From: Bacteroidia bacterium
Lineage (GTDB): Bacteria > Bacteroidota > Bacteroidia > B-17B0 > Aurantibacillaceae
NCBI GenBank assembly: GCA_014378485.1
Contig: JACMNO010000048.1
Coordinates: forward strand, 943-64,942
Direction of reading: 5' to 3'
Length of the DNA stretch: 64,000 nt
Shown here: positions 1 through 8,918 of the stretch, piece by piece
Numbering within the stretch: the first letter of the stretch is position 1
Layout: every line of letters begins with the position of its first letter
Made by a program: the position numbers and the translations under genes
The notes under the pieces: generated by a model
Database searches by the model: none
Told to the model about the DNA's origin: nothing
What the model saw: only the letters and a program-made list of their open reading frames with translations

Positions 1-1005
1 TTCGTTGGAAAGTTTAAAACTTTGTAATCCTAACATTAATGAACCGTTAACATTGCCCTTTTCTAACATAAGTGAAGAGATATTGGACAAAGAATATGTG
101 ATGCCCCTTTTGTTTTTGATTTTCTCAAATATCTTTAAACTTTTATTGTAATAATCTAAAGCTATTTCAATCAAAGAATCTTTTTGAGCAATCGATTTAA
201 TGCACTGCTTGTCGAAACTCATATTTTTGTATATAGCTCCTAAATTGTTATATGATGTTGCTATTCCTTCTTCATCATTTATTTCAAGTTTAATTTTTAG
301 ACTTTTTAAGTGGTATGCTATTGCCTTTGAAAAGTTATTATTATCACCATATATTGAACCAATATTATTTAAAGAATTGGCAATACCAAATCTATCATTT
401 ACCGCTTCTCTGTATTTTAAACTTTTATTAAAGTAATCTAAAGCTTTAATTATTTCACCTTGATCTTGGTAAAGTAATGCGATATTGTTTAAACAGGTTC
501 CCATCCCTGATTTGTCATTTAATTCTTCATACAGTTTCAAACATTGATGATAACTCTTTAACGCTCCCTGCGCATCCCCCTGTTCTTTATACACAAGACT
601 AATATTGTTTAAAGAGCCTGCCATTCCTTTTTTATTATTCAGCCTTTCATCAATTTTAAAACTTTTCGAATAATAGATTAGTGCTTTTTGCATTTCTCCT
701 CGTACATCGTAACTATAGCCCATATTATTATAAGCACCAGAAAGAAGTTTAATATAAAATGAATATTGAGGATCGTTATTTGATAAAACTTTTAATTTGG
801 ATTCGGCAAGTGTCACTGCTGGTTCTGCAAAAACCAAAATTTCCTCTAAATCGCAAACTTCACTGAGTTTAACTAAAATAAATAATTTTGTAGTATCATG
901 TTTAGCATTTTTAAGTGCGAGTTTTAATGAATCAATTGTATTATCCTGAGCATTAATATTTAAAATACTTAAAAGCATCCATATGATTCCCAGACTCCTT
1001 TTCAT
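1..1005 (-). CDS. TPR-repeat protein, N-terminal part (C-terminus runs off the left edge)
   Basis: Own translation of the minus strand from ATG at 1005 to position 1 shows no stop. It starts MKRSLGIIWMLLSILNINAQ (signal-like), followed by about 7 repeats of the pattern G.A.SLNNIG.IY...G....AL.YY.KSL.I, which is typical TPR. It is absent from the ORF track because it has no stop in the window. Confidence 0.8.
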   Translation of the reverse strand, partial: MKRSLGIIWMLLSILNINAQDNTIDSLKLALKNAKHDTTKLFILVKLSEVCDLEEILVFAEPAVTLAESKLKVLSNNDPQYSFYIKLLSGAYNNMGYSYDVRGEMQKALIYYSKSFKIDERLNNKKGMAGSLNNISLVYKEQGDAQGALKSYHQCLKLYEELNDKSGMGTCLNNIALLYQDQGEIIKALDYFNKSLKYREAVNDRFGIANSLNNIGSIYGDNNNFSKAIAYHLKSLKIKLEINDEEGIATSYNNLGAIYKNMSFDKQCIKSIAQKDSLIEIALDYYNKSLKIFEKIKNKRGITYSLSNISSLMLEKGNVNGSLMLGLQSFKLSNE

Positions 1006-1112
1006 GGTTGATGGTAGTATAACGTTTTGCTTTTTAAAGATAAATGTTTCAAAACCATTTGCAAATAAAAGTATTCCGCAAAATTATGATGTTAAATAAC
1101 AAAACTTATCAC

Positions 1113-1141
1113 AAAAAAATCCCCCTGCTAATCACAGGGGG
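1113..1141 (-). terminator. Rho-independent terminator downstream of the M23 peptidase gene
   Basis: The plus strand reads AAAAAAATCCCCCTGCTAATCACAGGGGGA. On the minus strand this is a CCCCCTG/CAGGGGG stem followed by a T-run, 25 nt after the stop at 1166. Confidence 0.75.
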
Positions 1142-1165
1142 ATCATTGAAAATGGTATTATAGAG

Positions 1166-2194
1166 TTAAACTTTTAATTTTTGTCCTAAACGCAATACTT
1201 TGCTTTGCTTGATACCATTCTTTTTGCAGATGGCTTTAATAGTGGTGTGATTACGTTGTGCAATGCGTCCTAATGTATCGCCACGTTTTACGCTGATTGT
1301 TTTTCCGTGTTTAGATTTTGAACCGGTAACACGTGATAGATTTAAATCTTTTTTCTGGCGGCTGTGTAATGCTCTTAAGTCGTATTTAGTTTCTACATCT
1401 GATTTAGTAATCAAACATTCGTTCTTTTTTAATGTTCCTGTTGCAAAGTCAATAAAATCTTCCGCGTCCATGGCTTGCCCTAAATAACGTATTTCAAAGT
1501 GAAGGTGAGCGCCGAAAGAATGCCCGGTGTTTCCACCTAATCCAATAATTTGTCCGGCTTCTAACATTTGTCCGGCTTCTACTAATATTTTAGATAAGTG
1601 AGCGTATACTGTTTCCAATCCGTTCTTGTGTCTTATAATAACAACATTACCATAGCTGCGGTTTAGTTTAGCAATACGCACCATGCCATCAAACGCTGCC
1701 ATAACAGTATCGCCTGTTTCTAAATCAATATCTGTTCCGTAATGAGGCCTTCTTTTTCTCCAGCCAAATTCAGAAGTCACGTTTCCGTTGAATGGTAATA
1801 CAAAACCACAATCTGTTGCCTCGGTCAATCTTACCATGGCGGAGTCGTGTTTAAAACTATCTGCAAAAGAATAAGGATGTATAACTGCCGTGTCCCACGT
1901 AGAATATAAATCATTAGAAGGAAATGCTAATAATGAGTCAACTTCCTCATCTTCATGATCTTCGGAAGACAGGGCTAAAATGGCCGGATTTATAGAAATC
2001 TTTGTAGTGTCATCTCTTTTTACAATCTTCTTTTTTCCGTCATCTTTTATAGGCTTTTCATCCGGATTAAGAATAGTATGAGAAAAAAGTGATTTTGGCC
2101 CGTTATTTGCTTTTAAAGTAGATGGTGAAAACGCGCTGAATACTAATGATGCAGACACCATTAGTAGAAAAGCGGATATGTTTTTTGTTTTCAC
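1166..2194 (-). CDS. M23 family metallopeptidase with C-terminal LysM domain
   Basis: 342 aa with a signal peptide. M23 motifs are present (HYGTDIDL, GNTGHSFGAHLHFEIR). The C-terminal LysM-like segment reads VKRGDTLGRIAQRNHTTIKAICKKNGI...LRLGQKLKV. Confidence 0.9.
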   Translation of the reverse strand: MKTKNISAFLLMVSASLVFSAFSPSTLKANNGPKSLFSHTILNPDEKPIKDDGKKKIVKRDDTTKISINPAILALSSEDHEDEEVDSLLAFPSNDLYSTWDTAVIHPYSFADSFKHDSAMVRLTEATDCGFVLPFNGNVTSEFGWRKRRPHYGTDIDLETGDTVMAAFDGMVRIAKLNRSYGNVVIIRHKNGLETVYAHLSKILVEAGQMLEAGQIIGLGGNTGHSFGAHLHFEIRYLGQAMDAEDFIDFATGTLKKNECLITKSDVETKYDLRALHSRQKKDLNLSRVTGSKSKHGKTISVKRGDTLGRIAQRNHTTIKAICKKNGIKQSKVLRLGQKLKV

Positions 2195-2361
2195 TTTTGT
2201 AGTTTAAAATCGAGATTTGCAAATATGTTGTTTTTTTTGATAAAAGCAAGTGTTAATTGCTGTTAATGGCTTTTAAGTTATTAACAAAAATCGTAAAGTT
2301 ACATTATTTACATCATTTAACTCCAATGTTTTCGATAAAGTTACAGGAAAAGCTAAAAAAT

Positions 2362-2823
2362 CTAAAAATTTAGGAGATTTTGGTAGGAAGGAACTTCTTT
2401 TACAACTTTTGGTTCGCCGTCTTCCAGTTTCAGAAAAATATGGCGCAACCCGTTACTTAGAAACACTGCAGGAACATTCAGTTCCATATTATAACGCAGT
2501 GCCTGGTTAATAGTGAGTTGGTCAATCTCAATCTGCGGGGCTTTGCATTCGATTATCAACAGTGGTTTCAAGGAATTATTATAGACCACCACATCGGTGC
2601 GGCGCTTGGTTTTATTCAGGATCAATTGTTTTTCGATAGAGATCATAGAGGCAGGTACCTGCTTGTGATGCATCAGGTAATGAATGATGTGCTGTCTGAC
2701 CCATTCTTCAGGAGTCGCATCCACAAATTTTTTGCGAATGATATCAAAAACCTGCAGTGTTCCTTTTTCGTTGTTTTGAAAACGGAATTCAACCTCGGGA
2801 AAATTAAGGACTGGCAGGTTCAT
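2362..2823 (-). CDS. Type I restriction enzyme HsdR N-terminal domain-like protein (stand-alone PD-(D/E)xK fold)
   Basis: 153 aa. The segment RRTDVVVYNNSLKPLLIIECKAP has a D...E-x-K nuclease-like core, and size and sequence are typical of the stand-alone HSDR_N family conserved in Bacteroidota. No hsdM or hsdS lies nearby. Confidence 0.7.
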   Translation of the reverse strand: MNLPVLNFPEVEFRFQNNEKGTLQVFDIIRKKFVDATPEEWVRQHIIHYLMHHKQVPASMISIEKQLILNKTKRRTDVVVYNNSLKPLLIIECKAPQIEIDQLTINQALRYNMELNVPAVFLSNGLRHIFLKLEDGEPKVVKEVPSYQNLLNF

Positions 2824-2891
2824 GGCCGTAAAGATAGGTGAAATTGCTTTTTACTTTATGAGGAGTTATTAAGAGTTGTGGATGTTTTGGC

Positions 2892-3110
2892 TTTTGGGGG
2901 CGTTCCTGCGAAGAGGCAGCAGAAACCGGGCTGTCGCTGCAATCTTTTGTTCTCACGCCACTGCCTGATCACAAAAGGATTTTGGCTTGCATCCCTCGCC
3001 CAGTAAACATATGCGTGAAGGATAGAACGGAAATCCTTTTTGCCCGTTCTTTGCAAAAAGATTGCAGTGAGAGCCTGACGGCGTGCCTCTTTTACGCCGA
3101 CACGCCCAAA
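2892..3110. repeat. GC-rich palindromic dimer of a ~100-nt repeat unit (locus A)
   Basis: The left arm is 2892-3000 (TTTGGGGGCGT...CGGGCTGT..GCAATCTTTT..TCACGCcactGCCTGA..AAAAGGATTT..ATCCCTCGCC). The right arm is 3013-3110 (GCGTGAAGGAT..AAATCCTTTTT..AAAGATTGC..ACGCCCAAA), in inverted orientation. The conserved blocks are shared with loci at 39830, 58478 and 60793. Confidence 0.8.
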
Positions 3111-3201
3111 CTATCATAAGCTTAACAAAAATTTGATGGTATAATAATATTAAATGGAGTAAAATCTTTTTGTACCTTCACTTACTTAAAAAATCAGATT
3201 A

Positions 3202-3972
3202 ATGAAGACGAAAGCAGAAATAGTAAACAACTGGTTACCACGCTATACAGGAAAAAAATTAGATGAATTCGGGCAATATATATTACTGACCAATTTTGGT
3301 GGTTACGTGAAAATGTTTGCAGATTGGAACGGAGTAGAGGTAGAAGGCCTTGACCGCCCAATGCAAACCGCTACGTTTGACGGTATCACAATCATCAATT
3401 TTAGTATGGGAAGCGCCATGGCAGCAACGATTATGGATTTACTAACTGCCATTGAACCAAAAGCAGTTTTGTTTTTAGGTAAATGCGGTGGATTGAAAAA
3501 GAAGAACCAGATCGGAGATTTAATTTTACCAATTGCCGCCATCCGCGGAGAAGGAACATCCAACGATTATTTCCCGAACGAAGTGCCTGCCTTACCATCT
3601 TTTAATTTACAAAAAGCAATTTCATATACAATTCGTTTAAGCGGACGTGATTACTGGACAGGTACTGTTTATACTACTAACCGCCGCGTGTGGGAACATG
3701 ATGAGGCTTTTAAAGAATATTTACGGGTAATTCGCGCCATGGCAATTGATATGGAAACAGCTACTATTTTCAGCGTGGGCTTTCATAACGAAATTCCTGT
3801 TGGTGCTTTATTATTAGTGAGTGATCAGCCGATGATACCGGAAGGTGTGAAAACGGAAGAAAGCGATAAAAAAGTAACGACTGATTTTGTTATCGATCAT
3901 TTACAGATCGGGATTAACTCGCTGAAGGAGCTTCAGAAAGCAGGAATCTCTGTGAAGCATTTGAAGTTTTAG
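3202..3972 (+). CDS. amn: AMP nucleosidase, short Bacteroidota type (PNP_UDP_1 family)
   Basis: 256 aa. MKTKAEIVNNWLPRYTG...LLTNFGGYV...FLGKCGGLKKKNQIGDLILPIAAIRGEGTSNDYFP...AMAIDMETATIFSVG closely matches my recollection of the ~257-aa flavobacterial AMP nucleosidases. Confidence 0.8.
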   Translation: MKTKAEIVNNWLPRYTGKKLDEFGQYILLTNFGGYVKMFADWNGVEVEGLDRPMQTATFDGITIINFSMGSAMAATIMDLLTAIEPKAVLFLGKCGGLKKKNQIGDLILPIAAIRGEGTSNDYFPNEVPALPSFNLQKAISYTIRLSGRDYWTGTVYTTNRRVWEHDEAFKEYLRVIRAMAIDMETATIFSVGFHNEIPVGALLLVSDQPMIPEGVKTEESDKKVTTDFVIDHLQIGINSLKELQKAGISVKHLKF

Positions 3973-4213
3973 AACAATAAACATGTAGTAACATAGAAGT
4001 GTCTGGAAAAGCTTTATGTTATATGGTTAATTTGTTCCATGCATTTTACCTTTTGAGTTTCAACAATCATTTTTTTGAAGAACAATAAGTATAAAATTAT
4101 GTGCTTATGTGTTTGGATTGATTTTTAAAATCTTCTATAAAATTTTGACAGCCTTTGAATGCCTTTACTAAACGCATTAATAATTATCTTCGCGCTTTAA
4201 ATATATACTGAAA

Positions 4214-5035
4214 ATGGAAATTAAACCTCTTAATATTGAAAAACACATCGAACATGTGATCTCTATCTTAATCGAATATACTCCAAGAGTGATTGGGGCT
4301 TTTGTTGTTTTAATAGTAGGATTATGGTTGATTCAGCGCCTTGCTAAACTAGCCACACGTTCGATGGAGAAAAGAGACCTTGATGTTTCACTTCGTACCT
4401 TTTTAAAAAGCCTGATCACCGTTGGTTTAAAAGTGGTATTGATTGTTACCGTTGCAGGAATGATAGGTATTGGAACCACTTCTTTTTTGACCATACTGGG
4501 GGCAGCTGGTTTGGCGGTAGGCTTAGCCTTGCAGGGTTCTTTATCTAATTTTGCAGGTGGTGTTTTAGTTTTAATTTTTAAGCCATTTAGGGTTGGTGAT
4601 CAGATTGAAGCACAGGGTCAAAATGGTACAGTAATTGAAATTCAAATTTTTAATACCATACTTCTTACTGGTGATTTGAAGACAATTATTTTGCCTAATG
4701 GAGCGGTATCTAACGGTACGATTATAAACTATTCTAAAAACGGCTTGTTGCGAGGTGATATCCAGGTAACTGTTTCAGCTTCCAATGATATTAATCAGGT
4801 AAAAAAACTATTAACAGAAGCTTTACTTCAACACCCATTTATTTTAAAAACTCCGATGCCGGAAATTGCCGCTATTAAAATAATAGATAATGCAGTAACC
4901 TTATCCATTAAACCATACGGTCTCGCCGCTAATTATTCAATCATCAATTCCGATGTGGTGGAAATTGCATATAAAGTTTTTGAAAAAAATGAAATTACAG
5001 CACCGATTCAAAAACGTATTATTTTAAATGCTTAA
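4214..5035 (+). CDS. Small-conductance mechanosensitive channel (MscS family)
   Basis: 273 aa with three N-terminal TM helices, followed by LIFKPFRVGDQIEAQGQNGTVIEIQIFNTILLTGDLKTIILPNG, the MscS beta-domain signature. Confidence 0.88.
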   Translation: MEIKPLNIEKHIEHVISILIEYTPRVIGAFVVLIVGLWLIQRLAKLATRSMEKRDLDVSLRTFLKSLITVGLKVVLIVTVAGMIGIGTTSFLTILGAAGLAVGLALQGSLSNFAGGVLVLIFKPFRVGDQIEAQGQNGTVIEIQIFNTILLTGDLKTIILPNGAVSNGTIINYSKNGLLRGDIQVTVSASNDINQVKKLLTEALLQHPFILKTPMPEIAAIKIIDNAVTLSIKPYGLAANYSIINSDVVEIAYKVFEKNEITAPIQKRIILNA

Positions 5036-5041
5036 CAGTAT

Positions 5042-5611
5042 TTATTCGGCCCAGCGAAAACTTTTTATATCAAGCCCTGCTAAGTCCAATGCGCGGTCAA
5101 CAACAGTAGCAGCAAGCTCTTCAAACGTTTTAGGATTGCTGTAAAATGAAGGTGAGGCTGGACAAATAATACCACCGGCTTCTGTGATGGTTTTCATATT
5201 ATTAATATGGATCAAACTATAAGGAGTATCACGGATCATTAAAATTAATTTCCTTCTTTCTTTTAGAATCACATCGGCAGCACGCGTGGTGAGATCGTTA
5301 CTAATGCCGGAAGAGATTCGCGCCATAGTACCCATGCTGCACGGACAAATAATCATGGTAGTATATTTCGCAGAGCCGGAAGCAAAGGGCGCAAAAAAAT
5401 TATTCTTATCGTAAAAGTTGAACTGATCATACTTGTTGTAAGTTTCATTTCCAAGTTCTTGCCTCCATACGTCTTTTGCATTATCACTCATCACAATTCC
5501 AACCTGCTCAATCTGCGCGGATAATTGTGATAGTTTGTCCAAAAGAACTTTAGCGTAAATGCTCCCACTGGCCCCGCTAATGGATACAATTATTTTATGT
5601 TTACTGTTCAT
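5042..5611 (-). CDS. ubiX: Flavin prenyltransferase UbiX
   Basis: 189 aa. KIIVSISGASGSIYAKVLLDKL... and the ...CPCSMGTMARISSGISNDLTTRAADV pattern are typical of UbiX/Pad1. Confidence 0.9.
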   Translation of the reverse strand: MNSKHKIIVSISGASGSIYAKVLLDKLSQLSAQIEQVGIVMSDNAKDVWRQELGNETYNKYDQFNFYDKNNFFAPFASGSAKYTTMIICPCSMGTMARISSGISNDLTTRAADVILKERRKLILMIRDTPYSLIHINNMKTITEAGGIICPASPSFYSNPKTFEELAATVVDRALDLAGLDIKSFRWAE

Positions 5612-6275
5612 TTTTATTTCTGTTTGGTATGATCCTGTAACCTAATGTGAATTCTAAAATATTATTATAGTATCCTTTATTAAACGTTCGGGCAATAATA
5701 TTATTATAATAGATCGTTTGTTTTGTTCGGTTGGGTCTTATTGTAATAAAAGAGTTACTACTTCTAAAATTAACAAACCATTTCGGATTAATGTTATATC
5801 CCAAACCAACTTTTACCGAGTAATCAAATTTTTGAAAAGGAAAAACACCGGTGTAAACCATGTTTTGGTCGCCTTCATAATAATTGACAAGGTAAGCTGC
5901 GGAAACACCCGCATCGAAAATAAATTTTTTCTGAGTATATGTTATGAGTAATGGCACTTCCAGATAGTTCAGGTTCAAGTAATAAGCGGTGAGGTCATTT
6001 TTTTCAAGGTTTTGATTTTTTCTGGCTCCTTTTTGAATGAATAAAAAAGATAAACTCATGCTTACCTTTTCAGAAAACACGGATTCAACCCCAACACCGC
6101 CCATGAAACCCAATTTATGAAAGCCACTATATGTATCTCCATGAACCTGCGAAGGTGAAACGCCGGCCGTTAAAATTAAATGAAAAGCACTATTACCTGT
6201 TTTTCTAACTGGTAAATTCTCCTGACTAAAACAAGGTATTTTTAAAAATAGGAGTATCAATGCAAAGTTTTTCAA
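5601..6275 (-). CDS. Outer-membrane beta-barrel (porin/PorT-like) family protein
   Basis: 224 aa with a signal peptide, alternating aromatic/hydrophilic beta-strand pattern and a C-terminal aromatic-rich strand. It overlaps the ubiX start by 11 nt, suggesting an operon. Confidence 0.6.
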   Translation of the reverse strand: MKNFALILLFLKIPCFSQENLPVRKTGNSAFHLILTAGVSPSQVHGDTYSGFHKLGFMGGVGVESVFSEKVSMSLSFLFIQKGARKNQNLEKNDLTAYYLNLNYLEVPLLITYTQKKFIFDAGVSAAYLVNYYEGDQNMVYTGVFPFQKFDYSVKVGLGYNINPKWFVNFRSSNSFITIRPNRTKQTIYYNNIIARTFNKGYYNNILEFTLGYRIIPNRNKNEQ

Positions 6276-6754
6276 CGCGTTGTAAAGATACTAAAACTAT
6301 AGATACCAGCTAAATCATTCAAATGCATCTTTTTTTGTAATTAAAAATCCCTGTTTAGACTCGCTGGATTATTAAGTTTCAGGTAAATTTGTCAAGATTT
6401 TTTTTGAGATATAAATGCTGCGTGACATAGGCTTCGCTTCATAATTAGTGTTCACAGAAATGAGCTAAACTAATTTAATGACAATATTATATAAGGTAGT
6501 AACTAAATTTTTTCCTGTATTTTTTGAAACAGATTTTTGAGTAAACCTTATGAAGCTTTTTAATATTCGTAAGAAAATTGTCTACAGATATTAAAATATT
6601 CAGTCTTTTTGCGTTGATTTTTTTCAAATGCTTTTATAGTTTCGTATCGTTAATAAATAATTATTCATCATTCTTAATAAATAATTCATTCACTGTAACT
6701 TTTTAGTGATGTGTAATGTCGAATTTATTATTTGACAAATTATTTCACAATCAT

Positions 6755-7171
6755 TTATGTTTTGATCGAAATATAGTTTTTTAACCAGACCAATGCATCT
6801 TCCTTATGGTTAAAGAACATAGTGGGTCGTTCCGGTTTATTGATTTTAATATAAAAATTCGCTAAAATTTTTTGTGCCATGGATTTAAGTACAAAGGCAT
6901 CTGCGGTGGAATAAGGATTGAAAGCATTTTTGGCCACTGTATTTAATAACTCTATATTGGTTGCTGCATGTTCGGCGCATACAACCAATGCAGGCATTTT
7001 TTTTTCACCAAGTTCTTTTTGCCCTTTAACTAGTATTTTCAAATCATCTATTGTAAATTCCCGGGTTTCGTTTATGACGATTAAATAAAAGCCTTCTTCC
7101 TGAATTTCTAATTCAAAATTATCAGAGATTATTTTTTTAGATGAAATCATTATTTTTATAGATGGAATCAA
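6755..7171 (-). CDS. Hypothetical protein (possibly STAS/SpoIIAA-like fold)
   Basis: 138-aa ORF with no overlapping alternative. There is only a weak resemblance to small STAS-like proteins, and no motif I can name. Confidence 0.45.
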   Translation of the reverse strand: MIPSIKIMISSKKIISDNFELEIQEEGFYLIVINETREFTIDDLKILVKGQKELGEKKMPALVVCAEHAATNIELLNTVAKNAFNPYSTADAFVLKSMAQKILANFYIKINKPERPTMFFNHKEDALVWLKNYISIKT

Positions 7172-7232
7172 TATTATTTAAGATAAATATACATAGTATA
7201 AATTTTATATCCAATTTTATAATGATTTATGC

Positions 7233-7261
7233 AAAAAAAATCCCCCGTTGAATAACGGGGG
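7233..7261 (-). terminator. Rho-independent terminator downstream of pruA
   Basis: The plus strand reads AAAAAAAATCCCCCGTTGAATAACGGGGGA. On the minus strand this is a CCCCCGTT/AACGGGGG stem plus a T8 run, 9 nt after the stop at 7270. Confidence 0.8.
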
Positions 7262-7269
7262 ATATGAAT

Positions 7270-8901
7270 TTAATCAGCTTGTAAAAACGGATATTTATAA
7301 TCCGTTGGTGGTGAAAAAGTTTCCTTAATCGTTCTCGGAGAAACCCAACGCAATAAATTGATTTTCGCACCGGCTTTATCATTGGTTCCACTGCCACGGG
7401 ATCCACCAAAAGGTTGTTGGCCTACAACAGCTCCGGTACATTTATCATTAATATAAAAATTACCGGCTGCATTGCTTAATTTTTTTGTGGCTAGTTCCAA
7501 CGCATAACGGTCCTGCCCTAAGATGGCGCCTGTTAAAGCATAAATAGAAGTAGAGTCTACTAACTCCAGTGTTTCTTCAAATTTATCTGCGTCATAAACA
7601 AAAAGCGTGAGTACTGGCCCGAATAGTTCTTCACACATGGTTACATATTTCGGATCTTTTGCAACAATAATAGTTGGTTCAATAAAATACCCTTTACTCT
7701 TATCGTAATTTCCACCGGCAATAATTTCAACATTACTGTCTTTTTTTGCAGCATCAATATATTTAGCTAGTTTATCAAAACTCTTCTCATCAATCACCGC
7801 ATTGATGAAATTAGTGAAGTCTTCGGTTGGCCCCATTTTCATATCCTTCAAATCAGCCAGTACATATTTTTTCACTTCTTCCCATAAGTTGGATGGAACG
7901 TAAGCACGTGAAGCAGCCGAACATTTTTGTCCCTGGTATTCAAAGGCACCTCGGGAAATAGCCACTGCCAGTGATTTGGCTTCTGCTGATTTATGAGCCA
8001 TAATAAAATCTTTACCGCCTGTTTCTCCAACAATACGCGGATAGGATCTGTATTTATGAATGTTTTTTCCGATTGTCTGCCAGATATTCTGAAAAACTTC
8101 TGTGCTTCCTGTAAAATGAATTCCTGCAAAATCTTTATGGTTGAATACTACTTCCGCAGCATCCGGCCCACTAGGGTAAATTAAATTGATTACACCGGCT
8201 GGTACACCGGCTTTGATAAAAATTTCCATCAATACATTAGCACTGTAAACCTGCGTGTTACTCGGTTTCCATACTACAACGTTACCCATCATGGCACAAC
8301 TGGTTGGCAAATTACCGGCAATGGCTGTAAAGTTAAAGGGGGTTAAGGCATAAATAAATCCTTCCAAAGGCCTCCACTCCAAGCGGTTCCAAACACCGGG
8401 ACCAGATATTGGTTGTTCTGCATAGATCTCAGTCATATACTGAACATTGAATCTTAAAAAATCAATGATCTCACAAGCACTGTCAATTTCTGCCTGGAAA
8501 GCATTTTTACTTTGACCTAACATGGTAGCTGCATTCAACTTTGCTCTATAGGGTCCTGCAATTAATTCAGCAGCTTTTAAAAATATACTTGCACGGTGTT
8601 CCCAGGCAAGATTGGCCCATTTTTCTTTAGCTGCAAGTGCAGCTTTAATAGCTTGTTCCACATGGGATTTATCACTTTTGTGAAAATGCCCCAATACATG
8701 CTTGTGATCATGTGGTGGATGCAATCTCGCTAACACATGGCTTTCAACCTCTTCTCCGCCTATGTACATTGGTATATTAATTTCTTTGCTGCGTAATTCA
8801 GCCAGCATGGCCTGTAATTCTTTACGTTCAGCACTTCCCGGACTATAGCTTTTTATAGGTTCATTAATTGCTACTGGTACTTTATAAATTCCTTTTGGCA
8901 T
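7270..8901 (-). CDS. pruA: L-glutamate gamma-semialdehyde (1-pyrroline-5-carboxylate) dehydrogenase
   Basis: 543 aa of the aldehyde dehydrogenase superfamily (ETGGKDF, catalytic Cys in QGQKCSAASR). The N-terminus MPKGIYKVPVAINEPIKSY is typical of bacterial PruA. Confidence 0.92.
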   Translation of the reverse strand: MPKGIYKVPVAINEPIKSYSPGSAERKELQAMLAELRSKEINIPMYIGGEEVESHVLARLHPPHDHKHVLGHFHKSDKSHVEQAIKAALAAKEKWANLAWEHRASIFLKAAELIAGPYRAKLNAATMLGQSKNAFQAEIDSACEIIDFLRFNVQYMTEIYAEQPISGPGVWNRLEWRPLEGFIYALTPFNFTAIAGNLPTSCAMMGNVVVWKPSNTQVYSANVLMEIFIKAGVPAGVINLIYPSGPDAAEVVFNHKDFAGIHFTGSTEVFQNIWQTIGKNIHKYRSYPRIVGETGGKDFIMAHKSAEAKSLAVAISRGAFEYQGQKCSAASRAYVPSNLWEEVKKYVLADLKDMKMGPTEDFTNFINAVIDEKSFDKLAKYIDAAKKDSNVEIIAGGNYDKSKGYFIEPTIIVAKDPKYVTMCEELFGPVLTLFVYDADKFEETLELVDSTSIYALTGAILGQDRYALELATKKLSNAAGNFYINDKCTGAVVGQQPFGGSRGSGTNDKAGAKINLLRWVSPRTIKETFSPPTDYKYPFLQAD

Positions 8902-8902
8902 A
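8882..8902. repeat. 21-nt direct repeat copy 1 (covers the pruA start codon and first 6 codons)
   Basis: TTATAAATTCCTTTTGGCATA is identical to 11533-11553. Confidence 0.85.
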
Positions 8903-8918
8903 ATTGTTAATTTTATTT

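Noticed and set aside
200-436. 78-aa plus-strand ORF at the left edge
   Set aside because: It is antisense to a continuous minus-strand TPR reading frame (1-1005) with a clear repeat signature. The ORF is low-complexity and a shadow of that gene.
2362-2823. HsdR_N-domain gene as a sign of a restriction-modification or defence island
   Set aside because: No methylase, specificity subunit, helicase domain or other defence genes are adjacent. This stand-alone small family is widespread and appears to be housekeeping in Bacteroidota.
2856-3056. 66-aa ORF (and similarly the 60-aa ORF at 40007-40189) in GC-rich intergenic DNA
   Set aside because: Both lie entirely within the GC-rich repeat units. 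The open frames result from GC-rich composition, and the same repeat occurs in both orientations, which is incompatible with a conserved protein.
7227-7409. 60-aa minus-strand ORF overlapping the 3' end of pruA and its terminator, plus other nested ORFs (7872-8129, 7993-8184, 12526-15337 series, 17987-18799, 21035-22090, 25072-27458, 29448-30159, 31601-32652, 35701-37080)
   Set aside because: All are embedded in longer ORFs with strong homology signatures. They lack independent support and are typical out-of-frame or antisense artefacts in AT-rich DNA.
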